From the NCBI RefSeq assembly GCF_044704955.1, contig NC_091985.1, forward strand, positions 6,014,001-6,078,000: DNA of 64,000 nt, written 5' to 3'. This document shows, one piece after another, positions 1-12,549 of the stretch. A model generated the notes under the pieces. It saw only the letters and a list, made by a program, of their open reading frames with translations, ran no database searches and was not told where the DNA came from. Position numbers and translations under genes: made by a program. This stretch comes from Pristiophorus japonicus (taxonomy: Eukaryota). How positions within the stretch are numbered: the first letter of the stretch is position 1; each line of letters starts with the position of its first letter.

Positions 1-470
1 TCTCTGTAAACAGATCCCTCCTAAATTCTTTATTTGATCTGTTAGTGACTATCTTACCGATTTATGTCCCTTTACTCTAGACTCACTCACAAGTGGAAAC
101 AATCTCTCCACACCCACCCTATCGAACCCTTCATGGTTTTAAATACCTCAATCAGGTCTCCTCTTCATCTCTTTTGCAGAGAAAAGAGTCGCTGGCTGCT
201 CAATCTTTCCCAAAAGTTGCATCCTCTCAATTTTGATAAGGTGCTTGTAAATCTTTCCTGCACTTTCTCCAGTGCTTCAATATCCTTTTTGTAGTATGGA
301 GACCAGAACCGCGCACAATAGTTCCAAGTGTGGTCTAAACAAGGTTCTGCACAAATGTAACAAAAACTTCCTACTTTTTTAAATTCTATTTTTCTATAAA
401 TGAACCCTCATACTTTGCCCTGATCAAATTGTGTTGCTATGTTTAGAGATTTGTGTATCTATTCCCAGAT
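1..470 (-). mobile_element. Old CR1 LINE fragment (3' part of ORF2)
   Basis: Degenerate similarity to the CR1 C-terminal region seen elsewhere in the window (e.g. ccagaac..cacaata..ccaagtgtggtcta, reverse of RPHLEYCVQFW). Boundaries approximate. Confidence 0.7.
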
Positions 471-629
471 CTCTGTGGGATGAGAAAAGGCAAAATGGTC
501 CCTTCTGATCTCTCGAGTATCCTAACTTGTCACATGGTCCTATTCCATTGAGAATAATCCCAGTGTTTCTGCCCCTTTCTGTACAGTGTTGAAACATTTA
601 GCCCTCTTTGATACTTAGTTTTAAATGTA

Positions 630-1165
630 TAGGTTCGACCTCCAAAATCCGAAGTTCCGGAATCTGCAATGTTCCAGAATCCAGACACCGGGCCGATCCG
701 TGGCGGAGTCGTCCAGAAACCGAAAAATGTTCCGATATCCAAACTCCCCCTGCCTCGGCGAACCGACTTTGCCCCGGCCCGACGTCGCCCGCCCCGAATT
801 TGCGGGGCCTGACCTCACCTCGGCTCAACTTCGCCCCGGCCCCCTCCCCCCCGCCTTTACCTCGGCTGCCCAACCCCACCTACCTCGGGCCAGACAAGGA
901 ACTCCACCATGGTGGTGGGACCCCACCCGATCAGGTCCTCGGCGGTGGGACCCCACCCGAACTTCTCCACGGCGGCAGGGCCCCGCCCAAACTTCTCCAG
1001 GGCCCCACCCAGTGACCTGACGAGCACCCACCCCCCAACAACCCTCGATGTTCGGAAATACCCGAACCTGGGCTCAGGTGTTTCCGGATTCGTGACATCA
1101 GAAAGACGTTCCAAAATCCGGCAAAACGCAAAATCCGGCAAAACGCATTTGGGATGCTGCACCTG
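630..1165. mobile_element. Non-autonomous Tc1/mariner(pogo/Tigger)-type MITE
   Basis: Imperfect TIRs taggttcgacctccaaaat (630) and atttgggatgctgcacctg (ends 1165), flanked by TA on both sides (628-629, 1166-1167). GC-rich interior with short internal repeats. Confidence 0.7.
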
Positions 1166-1297
1166 TACTTTGCTCTAATTTCTGTTTGTATCCTCTGGCC
1201 CTAACTTGCTGGTTTACTTTGAAGCAGTAATCTAAATAGCAGCAAAAGAAGGGGGCGTGTCAGGGACTCACAGGTAGCAGTGCGAGGAACCAATAAC

Positions 1298-1756
1298 GAA
1301 AGAAAGACTTGCATTTCTACCGACCTTTCACAACCGCAGGACGTCCCAAAGTGCTTTACAGACAATGAAGTAACTTTGAAATGTAGTCACTGTTGTAACA
1401 TAGGAAATGCAGCAACCAATATGCGCACAGCAAGATCCCACTAGCAGCATGCGATAATGACCAGATACTCAGTTTTAGTGATGTTGGTTTGAGGATAAAT
1501 CTTAGCCAGGACTCTGGGGAGAATCCCCTGTTCTTTGATTAATGCTGTAGGATCTTTTACATCCACATGAGAGGAAAGACAAGGCCTCGGTTAATGTCTC
1601 ATGCAAATGATGACACCTCCAACACCGCAGCACTCGCTCAGTACTGCACTGGAGTATGATCCTGGATTATTATGTTGAGGTGTGCGGAGTGGGGCTTGAA
1701 CTCACAACCTTCTGACCTGGAGGTGTGAGAGCGACCCACTGAACCACGCCTGACAC
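1298..1756 (-). mobile_element. tRNA-headed Deu-domain SINE (SacSINE1/AmnSINE-like)
   Basis: Tail (reverse of aaatgcaagtctttct) at ~1300, Deu-like core tgcgcacagcaagatcccac...gataatgaccaga, and a B-box-like head (reverse of gggcttgaactcacaacc) at ~1690-1710. Confidence 0.7.
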
Positions 1757-1984
1757 TTAAAAAGAAATTTCACCTCCTTTCTTCAGGAGACCAGCCTTGT
1801 TCTGCCGGTTCCACCTCCCCCTTCGAAGAAGCTGGTACTCCTGGCCTCACTTGAGCTAGTCCACTAGTTCCGGTCGCCTGTGATATGCCCAGTGAGTGAG
1901 AGGCTGGGAATGCCAGAATTCTCAGCGTTAGGTGTGAATGTTTTTTTCCGAGGACAGCCCACTTGCTCTTGTTATTTGTTCCTC

Positions 1985-2125
1985 TTTATGTGGTTTGTAT
2001 TTGAGCTGTGAGAACCCTGTAAGGAAGTTCAGTGACAATCAGCTATCTCTGAAACATCGACGGTAACATATTATACAGTGTGTGAATGAACAGGAATTTC
2101 AGCTTTTAAAAATAATTAATTTGAA
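1985..2125 (+). promoter_or_regulatory. Putative promoter of the IgSF gene with RUNX and ETS motifs
   Basis: TGTGGTT (RUNX consensus) at 1989-1995 and AGGAAGT (ETS core) at 2022-2028, ~100-140 bp upstream of the leader ATG. Motif match only. Confidence 0.35.
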
Positions 2126-2177
2126 ATGTTTGGCCCGAGGCTCACAGCCGTGACTCTGACCCTCTGTGTCGCAGTGG
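2126..2177 (+). CDS. Signal-peptide (leader L1) exon of an Ig-superfamily gene: MFGPRLTAVTLTLCVAV(G)
   Basis: ATG at 2126 (A at -3), 17 codons with a hydrophobic core plus 1 nt, then a consensus donor G|GTAAGT at 2178 (phase 1). Splicing to either V exon gives in-frame MFGPRLTAVTLTLCVAVGLKA/S(L|P)VLIQSP, a typical split leader. Too short for the ORF track. The link to the V exons is inferred. Confidence 0.7.
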
Positions 2178-2701
2178 GTAAGTAAATGCCCAGAGTGGGG
2201 GCACCCAACCTGGGCTTGGTTTCATATGATCACATTTTTGAGTTTGATTTAGCGATTGTGGCCGGGTGGTGTGAGTCGGGTATTTTGCAGTCAGATATTT
2301 GTGTTTAAGAATTGAGATATGTTGGGATTTCTCATGGTTCAGTGGGCAAATACCCCGTAAGATGTGACACTGAGCCACACTGCCCAGTTATATCACTCCT
2401 GGTCTGTGTGTGTGACTGCTGGGGTGTGGAGACCAATAGGATCAACTGCTCTTCCAGGCTGAGAAGCCATCCACGATGTATTGTTCAGATTCACTTGTGA
2501 AGAACAGGCGTTGGGTGAGCTATCAGTAGGCTGGCCCCTCCTGTGAGGTAAGAAACAGTATTATACTAAAAACAAAGGCTGACACAAATGCACGGCAACG
2601 TGGAAATAAAGCAACAAAGAGATACAAAGAAAGTAAGAGCTGCATAAAGGAATACAGGAAAAAACTGGTGAAGATTATCAAAGCAAACAGCAGAAGTTAT
2701 G

Positions 2702-3290
2702 AACAACAACAACTGGTATTTATATAGCACCTTTAACGTAGTGAAACTTCCCAAGGCACTTCACAGGAGTATTATGAGATATAAAATTTGACACCGAGCT
2801 GCATAAGCAGAAATTAGTGCAGGTGATCAAAAGCTTGGTCAAAGAGGTATGTTTTAAGGATTGTCTTGAAGGAGGAAAGAGAGGTAGAGAGGCGGAGAGG
2901 TTTAAGCAGGGAGTTCCAGAGCTTGGGGCCCAGGCATCAGAAGGTACGGTCACCAATGGTGGAGCGATTATAATCGGATGCTCAAGAGGGCAGAATTAGA
3001 GGAGCATAAACATCTCGGGGGCGAGGGTGGGGGGAGGTTGTTGGAGGAAATATTACAGAGCTAGGGAGGGGCGAGGCCATGGAGGGATTTGAAAATAAGT
3101 ATAATCTTGAAATCGAGGCGTTGCTTAACCGGCGGCCAGTGAGCACAGGGGTGATGGGTGAGTGCAACTTGGTGCGAGTTAGGACACGGGCAGCCGAGTT
3201 TTGGATCACCTTTAGTTTACGTAGGGTAGAATGTGGGAGGTCAGCCAGGAGTGCGTTGGAATAGTCAAGTCTCGAGGTGACAAAGGCACT
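2702..3290 (-). mobile_element. L2-clade LINE 3' fragment
   Basis: Minus-strand IQNSAARVLTRTKLHSPITPVL (L2 ORF2 C-terminal motif) and the 3' tail tgctatataaata..(gtt)n. Confidence 0.75.
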
Positions 3291-3309
3291 GATGGGTGTT
3301 CCAGTTTAT

Positions 3310-4290
3310 TTAGAGAAAGGGAGCAGCTGAAGGGGAATGTGGGCCCAATAAAGGCAGATGCAGGCGAGACTATAATAGATTATAAGGGCACGGCAGGCTT
3401 GGGCAATGGAAACTTTGCATCCATTTTGAAAAACTTAATAGAGTTAATGCATGTAAAAAATGTCACTGTGTAAATATTGGGACTGAAGAGAGACAAATCT
3501 CCAGGACCTGCTGGTTTCCATCCCGGATATTAAAAGAAACCAGTGAGGAAATTGTAGATGTGTTTGTCATAATTTTCCAGAGTCCTCTAGAATCAGGCAT
3601 TATGTCCTTGGTCTGGAAAATTGCAAATGGTGCTCCATATTTGAAGAAGGGAGGAGGCAGAAAGCAAGGAACTACTGACCTGTCAGTTTAATGTCAGTTG
3701 TGGGGAAGTTGCTGGAATAGATCACAAGGGACAGAGTGACCGAGCACGTGGACAAGTCTGAGCTGATCAAAGAGAGCCAGCACGGATTGTGAAGACTAGG
3801 TCATGTCTGGTTCATCGAGCTGAATGTGTTTAGGATCTCACTCGCATGGTGGATAGGGGAGTGTCTACGGATGTGGTCTGCCTGAACTTCCAGAAAGATC
3901 AGGTTCCTGACAGATTATCAAACATGAGAAGACATGGAATTGAAGGGGACTCAGTGACATGTGTTGGTCATTGGTTGAGAGATAGGAGACAGTGACAGGT
4001 ACTCTGATTAGCAGGATGTGACAAGTGGTGTTTCCCAGGGATCGGGACTCAGCTCTTCACCATATTTATTAGTGATTTGGATGGAGGGATTGAGTTACAC
4101 ATCCAAGATGGCACTGAGTTAGGAGACACAGTAAGTTGTGCAGATGGGAACAGGAAGTTATAAAGGTACATAGACAGACTCAGTGAGTGGGCAAAACTCT
4201 GACAGGTGGGGTTTATTAAAGGGAAGTGTGAGGTCATCCATTTTGGATCCAAGAAAGACAAATCGGAATATGTTTTGAATGTGTTTTACT
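3310..4290 (+). mobile_element. Old degenerate CR1 LINE RT fragment
   Basis: Remnants of DKSPGP.GFHP.ILKE, ..PVSL.SVVGKLLE, SQHG, LFTIFI.DLD and KCEVIHFG with many stops and frameshifts. Confidence 0.85.
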
Positions 4291-4685
4291 TGTATGGGAT
4301 GTTTGTGAACATCATTGAGTGGTATACATCTACTTATGCGCTCAATTTTCCCTAGTCCCATTTTTTGGTGTATTGCCAGAGTTACGCCCATTTTTCTAGG
4401 CCAGAAATGTGGCAGAAATATTTTGCCAAAGTTTCCCTGATGTATAATTCGAATTTGGAGCAACGCAGCCTGTCCAGTCGCCTCGGGGGATGGAGCCTGC
4501 TGTCTACGCCAAAAAACAATGCCGGGGAAAAAAAGTTACATTTTTGATGTTGTTCCAATGGACGCACATGCTCAGTACAGCTCGGATTTGGCAATCGGGC
4601 ATTTTTAAAGAGCCAGTTGTGTGTGTGAGAAGGAGTGCTGTGTGAGAGCATTGGAAAAATCGCAGCTGCAGCAAAGCAATACAAG

Positions 4686-6355
4686 ATGCAATGCAGTGCA
4701 AGGTCCAAGAATTTCTTACAGGAAGAAGTGGAGGCACTAGTTACTGTGATTGAGTAGGCAGGAGCTGGACACCAGCAGAGGTCACATAAAAGTTCCACCA
4801 AGAGAAATGAAGAAACACTGGAACCAAGTTGCAGATGATTATTGCACAGTGGTGACCACCATGAGTTCTGGAGGCCAGTGTAAAAAGAAATGGCAGGACC
4901 TTGGTCAAGTAGTTAATGTAAGTAATATTTTCATTTATTCAATGCAATTGTAAATGTGACCAGCTGTATATGTCCCACCCACCAGAAAGGCACCCTCTCT
5001 AAAAAGTTGCATTTTCATCTTTGTAGAGGAAGGTAGCACATAATAAAAGGGAAAGAACTCGAACAGGAGGAGGCCGGACAAATCTGCACCCACTGACACA
5101 CTTAGAAGAGAGGGTCACTGCTTTAATGGGTCCTGCCTAGAAAAAAGCAATCAGTACTGCACAAGCTGGGCCCACACTCAAGGGAGAGGGTAAGTCCTGC
5201 AAATGCAAATCAACTGCTGCCTGGCCTGCAATGTGTGAGCCTACTTATGCCACCCATCCTGCCCCCTCCTCTGCTGCTAACCATTTGACTGTTCTGTTAT
5301 ATTTTGCAGAACTTGAGGCCAACCCTGACACTGCAGAAGAAGATTCAAACGTGGATGAGCCTGAAGAGGAGAACATCTACTAATCCATTCATGGGGGTGA
5401 GGGGGAGGGAATGGAACTGGATGAAACTCCCACTGTTGCACTGACATTGGAGGAGGTGCCACTCATGGAGGTGACAGCCCCCTTCTGTGACTAGTGGTTT
5501 GAGTGTTGGTGGGACATTCCATGGTTTCACACTTCCCGAGGTTGCAGGTCCCAGTGGTGTGGTGCAGCAATGCACACCCAGGGCCCCACCTTCCGAGATT
5601 GTGGGTCCCAGTTGTGTGGTGCAACGAGGCACACCAAGTGTCCCACCTTCCTAAGTTGCGGGTCCCAGTGGTGTCGTGCCATGAAGAGGAAGGGAAGGAG
5701 AGCTCGACCGCCCTCTCCTGAGGTGCAGGATGTAACTGATGTGGTTCAGATAATGTCATTGAGTGCGGAGAGCATTGACCTTACCCGATCACTTCTGGAC
5801 GCCATCAGTGGGGTGAGTGATGAGTTAGTGGAACTGCCGGGAGAAGTAACAGCAATGACACAAGAAATGGGAATGATATCTGGGATCATCAGTGAGGGAA
5901 TAGTGGCCATGAGGGAGGGAATGTCAAAGGTAGTGCAAACCAAGTCACTGACCATGAGGGAGGGAATGTTGCAGGTCGTTGAGACACTGTCAGGGCACAT
6001 GAGAGACGGCATGTTGCAGTTAGCTGCTGCAATAAGGGAACACGCCCAGACCCCGCGTCCATTGACAGGATCAACTGTCACTCGCACTCCAATCCCCACA
6101 CCAGTCTCTGAAGAGCCCAAAGCCGGGCCCTCCAACTTGCCACCTGACGCTAACGCCCCCCACCCTCAAGAGGTGCGCAGTACCCATGATGTTAGAAAGA
6201 ATAAGCTTGGTATCAACCCAGAAACACTGTGCCACCGCCTGCGGGCAGGGGTGTGTCCAAGACCAAGCGCAGCGAGCGGTCTTAGAATAAGGGGGATGAG
6301 AGATGGGTGCAGCCTTTCTTTGCTGCTGCTGTTATTGTTATTGTTATTGTTGTAA
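4686..6355 (+). pseudogene. Harbinger Myb/SANT-like DNA-binding protein gene (3 exons: ~4686-4917, 5027-5189, 5310-~6300), disrupted
   Basis: RSKNFLQEEVEALVTVIE...KHWNQVA...QCKKKWQDL, then KVAHNKRERTRTGGG, with GT-AG introns (gtaagt at 4918 and 5190; acceptors ending 5026 and 5309). Contains stops and frameshifts. The 261-aa ORF 5570-6355 is the exon-3 part. Confidence 0.8.
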
Positions 6356-6761
6356 CTGTTCTCAAATTAAAAGTTTTTTGTAAGTTATTTAAATTTACAA
6401 GTTTTTAAGTGATTTTAAAGAGTGAACTTAAAGAAAAGTTTGATACAAGAATAATTTTATTAAAGTTAAGTTAAATACATTGTAAACTTTTGAATAAAAT
6501 ATATTTTACATTAAAACTGAATCACGTTCCATTAACTCAACACAACATTACGGAACAGCTCCAAGCAATGAACATGTCCATTTGAAATAGTTGTCGCTGA
6601 GCCCTCAGGCATCAGTAAAGTGTTCACAGATGAGCTGCTGGCGCAAGGTTCGAGCAATCGTTAAAGGAGCACGATGGCCCGCCCTCCTCTGCCGTCCTGC
6701 TCCGGCCTCAGGCACTTGCATGGTTTCCTCATCCTTGTCGTCCTCCTCCTCCAGCTCATCA

Positions 6762-7201
6762 ACTGGATCAACTGGGCTTGTATTCACTGGAGTTCAGAAG
6801 AATGAGAGGGGACCTCATAGAAATGTTTAAAATTCTGATGGGTTTAGACAGGTTAGATGCAGGAAGAATGTTCCCAATGTTGGGGAAGTCCAGAACCAGG
6901 GGTCACAGTCTTAGGATAAGGGGTAAGCCATTTAGGACCGAGATGAGGAGAAACTTCTTCACCCAGAGAGTGGTGAACCTGTGGAATTCTCTACCACAGA
7001 AAGTTGTTGAGGCCAATTCACTAAATATATTCAAAAAGGAGTTAGATGAAGTCCTTACTACTACGGGGATCAAGGGGTATGGCGAGAAAGCAGGAATGGG
7101 GTACTGAAGTTGCATGTTCAGCCATGAACTCATTGAATGGTGGTGCAGGCTAGAAGGGCCGAATGGCCTACTCCTGCACCTATTTTCTATGTTTCTATGT
7201 T
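6762..7201 (+). mobile_element. CR1 LINE 5'-truncated copy
   Basis: [14 protein letters not shown]...RVVNLWNSLP and (ttctatgt)n tail; TSD tcatca (6756-6761, 7202-7207). Confidence 0.95.
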
Positions 7202-7230
7202 TCATCACCTGCATCTTCCACATCATTATC

Positions 7231-8755
7231 ATAGAAACATAGAAATTAGGTGCAGGAGTAGGCCATTCGGCCCTTCGAGCCTGCACCTCCATTCAATAAG
7301 ATCATGGCTGATCATTCACCTCAGTATCCCTTTCCTGCTTTCTCTTCAGATCCCTTGATCCCTTTAGCCGTAAGGGCTATATCTAACTCCCTCTTGAATA
7401 TATCCAATGAACGGGCATCAACAACTTTCTGCGGCAGGGAAGTCCACAGATTAACAACTCTCTGAGTGAAGAAGTTTCTCCTCATCTCAGTCCTAAATGG
7501 CTTACCCCTTATCCTTAGACTGTGTCCCCTGGTTCTGGACTTCCCCAACATCGGGAACATTCTTCCCGCATCTAACCTGTCCAGTCCCGTCAGAATTTTA
7601 TATGTTTCTATGAGATATCCTCTCAATCTTCTAAACTCCAGTGAATACAGGCCCAGTCGATCTAGTCTCTTCTCACATGTCAGTCCTGCCATCCCGGGAA
7701 TCAGTCCGTTGAACCTTCGCTGCACTCCATCAATAACAAGAACGACCTTCCTCAGATTAGGAGACTAAAACTGAACACAATATTCCAGATGAGGCCTCAC
7801 CAAGGCCCAGTACAACTGCAGTAAGACCTCCCTGCTCCTATACTCAAATCCCCGAACTATGAAGGCCAACATACCATTTGCCTTCTTCACCGTCTGGTGT
7901 ACTTGCATGCCAACTTTAAATGACTGATGTACCATGATACCCAGATCTCGTTGCACCTCCCCTTTTCCTAATCTGCCACCATTCAGATAATATTCTGCCT
8001 GCATGTTTTTGCCACCAAAGTGGATAACCTCACATTTATCCACATTATACTGCATCTGCCATGCATTTGCCCATTCACCTAACCTGTCCAAGTCACCCTA
8101 CAGCCTCTTAGCGTCCTCCTCACAGCTCACACTGCCACCCAACTTAGTGTCATCTGCAAACTTGGAGATATTACACTCAATTCCTTCATCTAAATCATTA
8201 ATGTATATTGTAAATAGCTGGGGTCCAGCACTGACCCCTGCGGCACCCCACTAGTCACTGCCTGCCATTCTGAAAAGGACCCATTTATCCCGACGCTCTG
8301 CTTCCTGTCTGCCAACCAATTCTCTATCCACGTCAGTACATTACCCCCAATACCATGTGCTTTAATTTTGTACACCAATCACTTGTGTGGAACCTTGTCA
8401 AAAGCCTTTTGAAAGTCCAAATACACCACATCTACTGGTTACATCCTCAAAAAATTCTGGAAGATTTGTCAAGTATGATTTCCCTTTCATAAATCTATGC
8501 TGAATTGGACCAATCCTGTTACTGCTTTCTAAATGCGCTGCTATTTCATCTTTAATAATTGATTCCAACATTTTCCCCACTACTGATGTCAGGCTAACCA
8601 GTCTATAATTCGCCATTTTCTCTCTCCCTCCTTTTTTAAAAAGTGGTGTTACATTAGCTACCCTCCAGTCCATAGGAATTGATCCAGAGTCGATAGACTG
8701 TTGGAAAATGATCACCAATGCATCCACTATTTCTAGGGCCACTTCCTTAAGTACT
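7231..8755 (-). mobile_element. CR1 LINE 5'-truncated copy (RT domain to 3' tail)
   Basis: ORF fragments with [16 protein letters not shown] and YCVQF; tail at 7231. Confidence 0.95.
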
Positions 8756-10211
8756 CTCATCAACCACTCTTACCGCAAATGGGTCTTCCACTAACAGCAG
8801 CTGTTGCCTCATGATGGCTAAGTTATGCAGCATGTCGTACACAACACTGAACTGACCGACAATCTCAGGGGAGTACAGCAAGTAGCCTCCAGAATGGTAC
8901 GAACGCCTGTCTCGATATACCTGAGGTGAGTAAGGCCTCCTGCCCAGCACCCTATGGTCTCTAATGTTCCTGATACGATGAAGTCGATTCAACTGTCTCC
9001 TAGGTAGCACCATGATGCAGAAGGCTAGCACAAGGTATGGCATTGTCAGTATTGCTCCGATACTTAAATTTAACCTTTTGCTCAGGCGTTTGAGTAAGTT
9101 TAAAAAAATGAGAGAGCTTCTGAAATCCAACAAATTTTCACTTCTATGTTGACAGGTAAAAAAACGTTGAACTTTATTGTTGATTTTGACAGTGTTCTTG
9201 ACTCATTCCAAAATCTTCGATTTAAAAATGATGGCTTCTTTCAGCGCAGATTTGTGAATGTGTCCTGGTTTTCATAACTCACCAGAAGGTTTTCGGGAGT
9301 GGCCAGATACGCCGACCTCAGTGAAAAAAATGTTGGCCAAACTGCGAACAATTGAAAAAACCGGTGCACACATGAGGGAACGTCAAAAAAAGTGGCCGAG
9401 AAAAATCAGAGCCATGTCAGTTACACCGGCGCAGATCGCAGGGGGAAACTTGGAAAAAATAAATACACCAGAAAAAACAGCGTACACCAAAAAAAATGAC
9501 CAGGGTCAATTGAGCCCTATGTGTCTCTATCTATACAGCAATCTATATTAAAATTCTGCCACAAATGGATTTTAAGAAGGAATTTTTGAAAGACCATAAA
9601 CTGATTATATTATACAAATATATATTAACTAAGTGCTGCAGCAAAGTAAAAGCCTCTTTCTTAGCTGAAACTACCTTTAGTGTTTTGAACTTGCCTTGTA
9701 GTCAGCAAATACACGAGGATGGGTCACAGTGCTTTGAAACGTAAACCGCTGGTGAAACCAGTGAAAGTGGGTTAACAGCCTCGGGGGCAGGAAGCAGTGG
9801 CAGCAAAGGTAAGAAGGGATATTAGTTCACCAGTGCCAGCTGCTCCCTTCCTTTATTGATTTGTTGCTAGCCCATTCTCTCTCAATTCACCAATGTTGCT
9901 GTTAATCCATTCATCTGCTGATGTGCCTGCTGCTTCAGGAATTGATTTCCGTGTGCCCATGGCTCTGGAGTTGGTTCAGTTCTCACTGTCCCACTAACTT
10001 ACTGATTTGTTGGTATTGCCACTGCTCCCATTTATTCACTGATGCTCACAACTCCATTCGTTTTCGAACCAGAATTTGGAGTTTGCAGTTCTCCGTGTGT
10101 TTAATCCGGTCCGCCAATACTTGGAGAAGCTGGGCTCCCCCTCGCTGTTTGCCGAGTGTGTTTGTGGCTGCACAAATCCAATTGTGGGCTGCAGCCCGAC
10201 CCATTCAATGA

Positions 10212-10558
10212 GAACAACTTGTATTTATAGTGCCTTTAACGTAATAAACCCTCACAAGGTGCTTCTCAGGAACGGTATCAGACACAATTTGACACCGAGC
10301 CACATAAGCAGATATTAAGCCAGGTGAAGAGGTCGGGTTTAAGGAGTGACCAAAAGGAAGTAGAGGAGGAGAGGTTTAGGGAGTGAATGCCATAGCTTCG
10401 GGCCCAGAAAGTTGAAGGCACGGCCACCAGAATGCTGGGGTGAAGGAAGTGGGGGATGCACAAGAGGCCAGAATTGGAGTGCAGAGTTTTCAGAGGGTTG
10501 AAGGGCTGGAGGAGATTACAGAGATAGGGAAAGGGCAAGGCTGTGGAGAGATTGTAAA
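10212..10558 (-). mobile_element. L2 LINE 3' fragment
   Basis: Same tail as 2702 (acaacttgtatttatagtgcctttaacgta); minus-strand PYLCNLLQP..P..TLHSNSGLL. Confidence 0.7.
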
Positions 10559-12549
10559 CTCAATACCTGACTGATTCCATTTCCTCTAATGGTTGAGTCT
10601 GAAGTGAGCACTCGTGCCTACCCACCCAACACATTTACAATCACCCAATTGATATTTTTGGCCTAACCGACCCCCCAGACTCTTCGTTAGCTGTTGGGCC
10701 TTGAGCCTACTTGGGGCTGATTGGCCTATGTTGCAACCCAGATGAACTCAAAGCACACTCTAGGACTCGCTTATCAGGCACTAAACAACCACCTACACAT
10801 TTAATGGAACTGGTGCCAGCACCATTAGTATATTCAAGGGTCCTCGCACCTGCTGTACGTGGCCGTTCCGAATGCCTGAAAATTCTGGGGCCATTGGATT
10901 TTTTCAGATGCTCTTCGGGTGAAGGGCAGGCCCTGGGAAATTCTTGCTCCTGTTTTCCTGGATAATGGGCGCAACGATGACCAATTTCTCGCCTAATATT
11001 TCTCCAAAGCAAACAATCTCAGGCTGTTCAAACTCTCCTCATAGCCTCAGGTGCCTGAAGATGGAAACTTTTCTTTCACAGCCATAGTTCACCGGCCTTT
11101 TTGAAATAATGATGTTTTTAGTGATTGCCGTCCAATATAATTATTAAGCAATTCATTAATAAGAGGAAGTTGAATAACAGAAACAAAGACATCCTTGGGG
11201 CTCAGTGCAATAAACCACATTGTACAGTCTTGCTGGGACCCAAATTCCTCTTTATTTTTACAGCTCAGATTTTAACCAACAGGCCACCTCTTGGAGCAGG
11301 GGGAGTCAGTTAGTAACTCTGCCCTTCCCATATCTCCCAGGAGTTAATGCCCAGTTAATGGACATGTGAGAAACTGTGCAACACCACATATCCCATCTGG
11401 CATTGCAAACCCGTTTAAAGTAGTTCCAAACATCTGTGTTTTTAAAATATTTTTCTATTTGCGACATTCAAAGAATTTTAGAGCCACCGGTTTCTTTCTC
11501 CTTTTTTCCCCTTCACATTTCCTCCCCAACCCCCTCCTTTCCTGAAGGCTTTGCCTCCTTGCTGGGGTCCACTTCCACAAGTGCCGGATGCCTGTTGGGT
11601 TTTGGCCAAATAGCAATGAGTCACACATGAGCCTTGACGATGAGTGTTGGCAGGATTAGACTATGGGAGGAATTAAAGAGCTGCCCTCTCCGTTAGCTGC
11701 ACATTTGCATTTCTAGTATGGTCACTACATAATGATAAGGAGTGGGAGCCTTGCTCATTCTCACCGAACTCAGAACACTGAGGGCAGCTGCAGGACCTTG
11801 TTGATCCAGACTGAGTTTATCCTGACCTCCCCGGGAGTGGTCACCTGACCCAGAACCACTGGTTCAGTTACTTACCGCTCAACCATTGCGAAACACGATC
11901 CGCCAACTCATGCTGAAAACACAGATTAGCTGTGTTTCAAACACATGTTCCTCGTACAATGTTCTATTACACTCTCCTCTTCAGCTGAGGATTTCTCTGT
12001 AAGGTAACCTTGATTGGGTATGTTTCATGTTGGAGTTTCTGTATTTCAACCAAGTTCAGAAAGTGTTTCTGACATCGGGTGGGGGGGGCAGATCCAGAAT
12101 AAGATTTACTTCAGGGACTGGTGGGGGTGGGGAGGAGTAGGAAGCTGACCACCTGCCCTGCCCGTCCTGGGTAATTAAAGTTTTCTCCCCTATGGTTTGC
12201 CATAGAGCACCAGCTCAACAGAAGGAGGAAGGTAATTTGGTCTATTAATATGCGTGAGAGCAAGAATGTTGTATTCAGCCCAATATAAACTGTAAAAACG
12301 CTTGTGGTTTAGAGACAGAGATGGTCGGTGTAATGTGTGACTGCTCCTTAATCTAATATGTTGAGGAAACAATGCTCATCTTGATCTGATCATCAATGAC
12401 CCAGGACATGTACAGGGAATGGAAGTCACTAAACTTCAGGGGCAGCACCTGCAGAATGATAAAGTTCAACATGATCTGGGAGTCACAACGACCCACGACC
12501 CGGAGCCAGAAACAGAATCTGGGATTGTCCCTTCTCCAGGCTTTCTGCC

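Larger units (their letters stand above)
6605..9061 (-). pseudogene. Harbinger (HARBI1-like) transposase remnant lacking the DDE core
   Basis: N-terminal ...RRPYSPQVYRDRRSY is fused directly to C-terminal HSGGYLLYSPEIV..MLHNLAIMR; the acidic tail and ARTLRQQLICEHF* end at 6605. Split by CR1 copies at 6762-7201 and 7231-8755. Confidence 0.8.
4338..9517. mobile_element. PIF/Harbinger DNA transposon, internally deleted, with two CR1 insertions
   Basis: ~35-bp imperfect TIRs gcgctcaattttccctagtcccattttttggtgta (4338) and tacaccaaaaaaaatgaccagggtcaattgagccc (ends 9517). 3-bp TSD TAT (4335-4337, 9518-9520). Carries convergent Myb/SANT and transposase genes. Confidence 0.92.

Noticed and set aside
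530-1178. Cluster of Pro/Gly-rich overlapping ORFs
   Set aside because: GC-rich interior of a TA-flanked MITE; no coding signature.
5570-6355. 261-aa ORF as a host gene
   Set aside because: Lies inside the Harbinger TIRs and is exon 3 of its Myb/SANT gene.
6755-8764. ctcatcaac as one 9-bp TSD around a single composite insertion
   Set aside because: The 7202-7230 spacer is transposase sequence; two separate insertions restore the frame.
9700-9815. Strong donor AAG|GTAAGA at ~9808 as an internal exon
   Set aside because: All three frames from the nearest acceptor contain stops.
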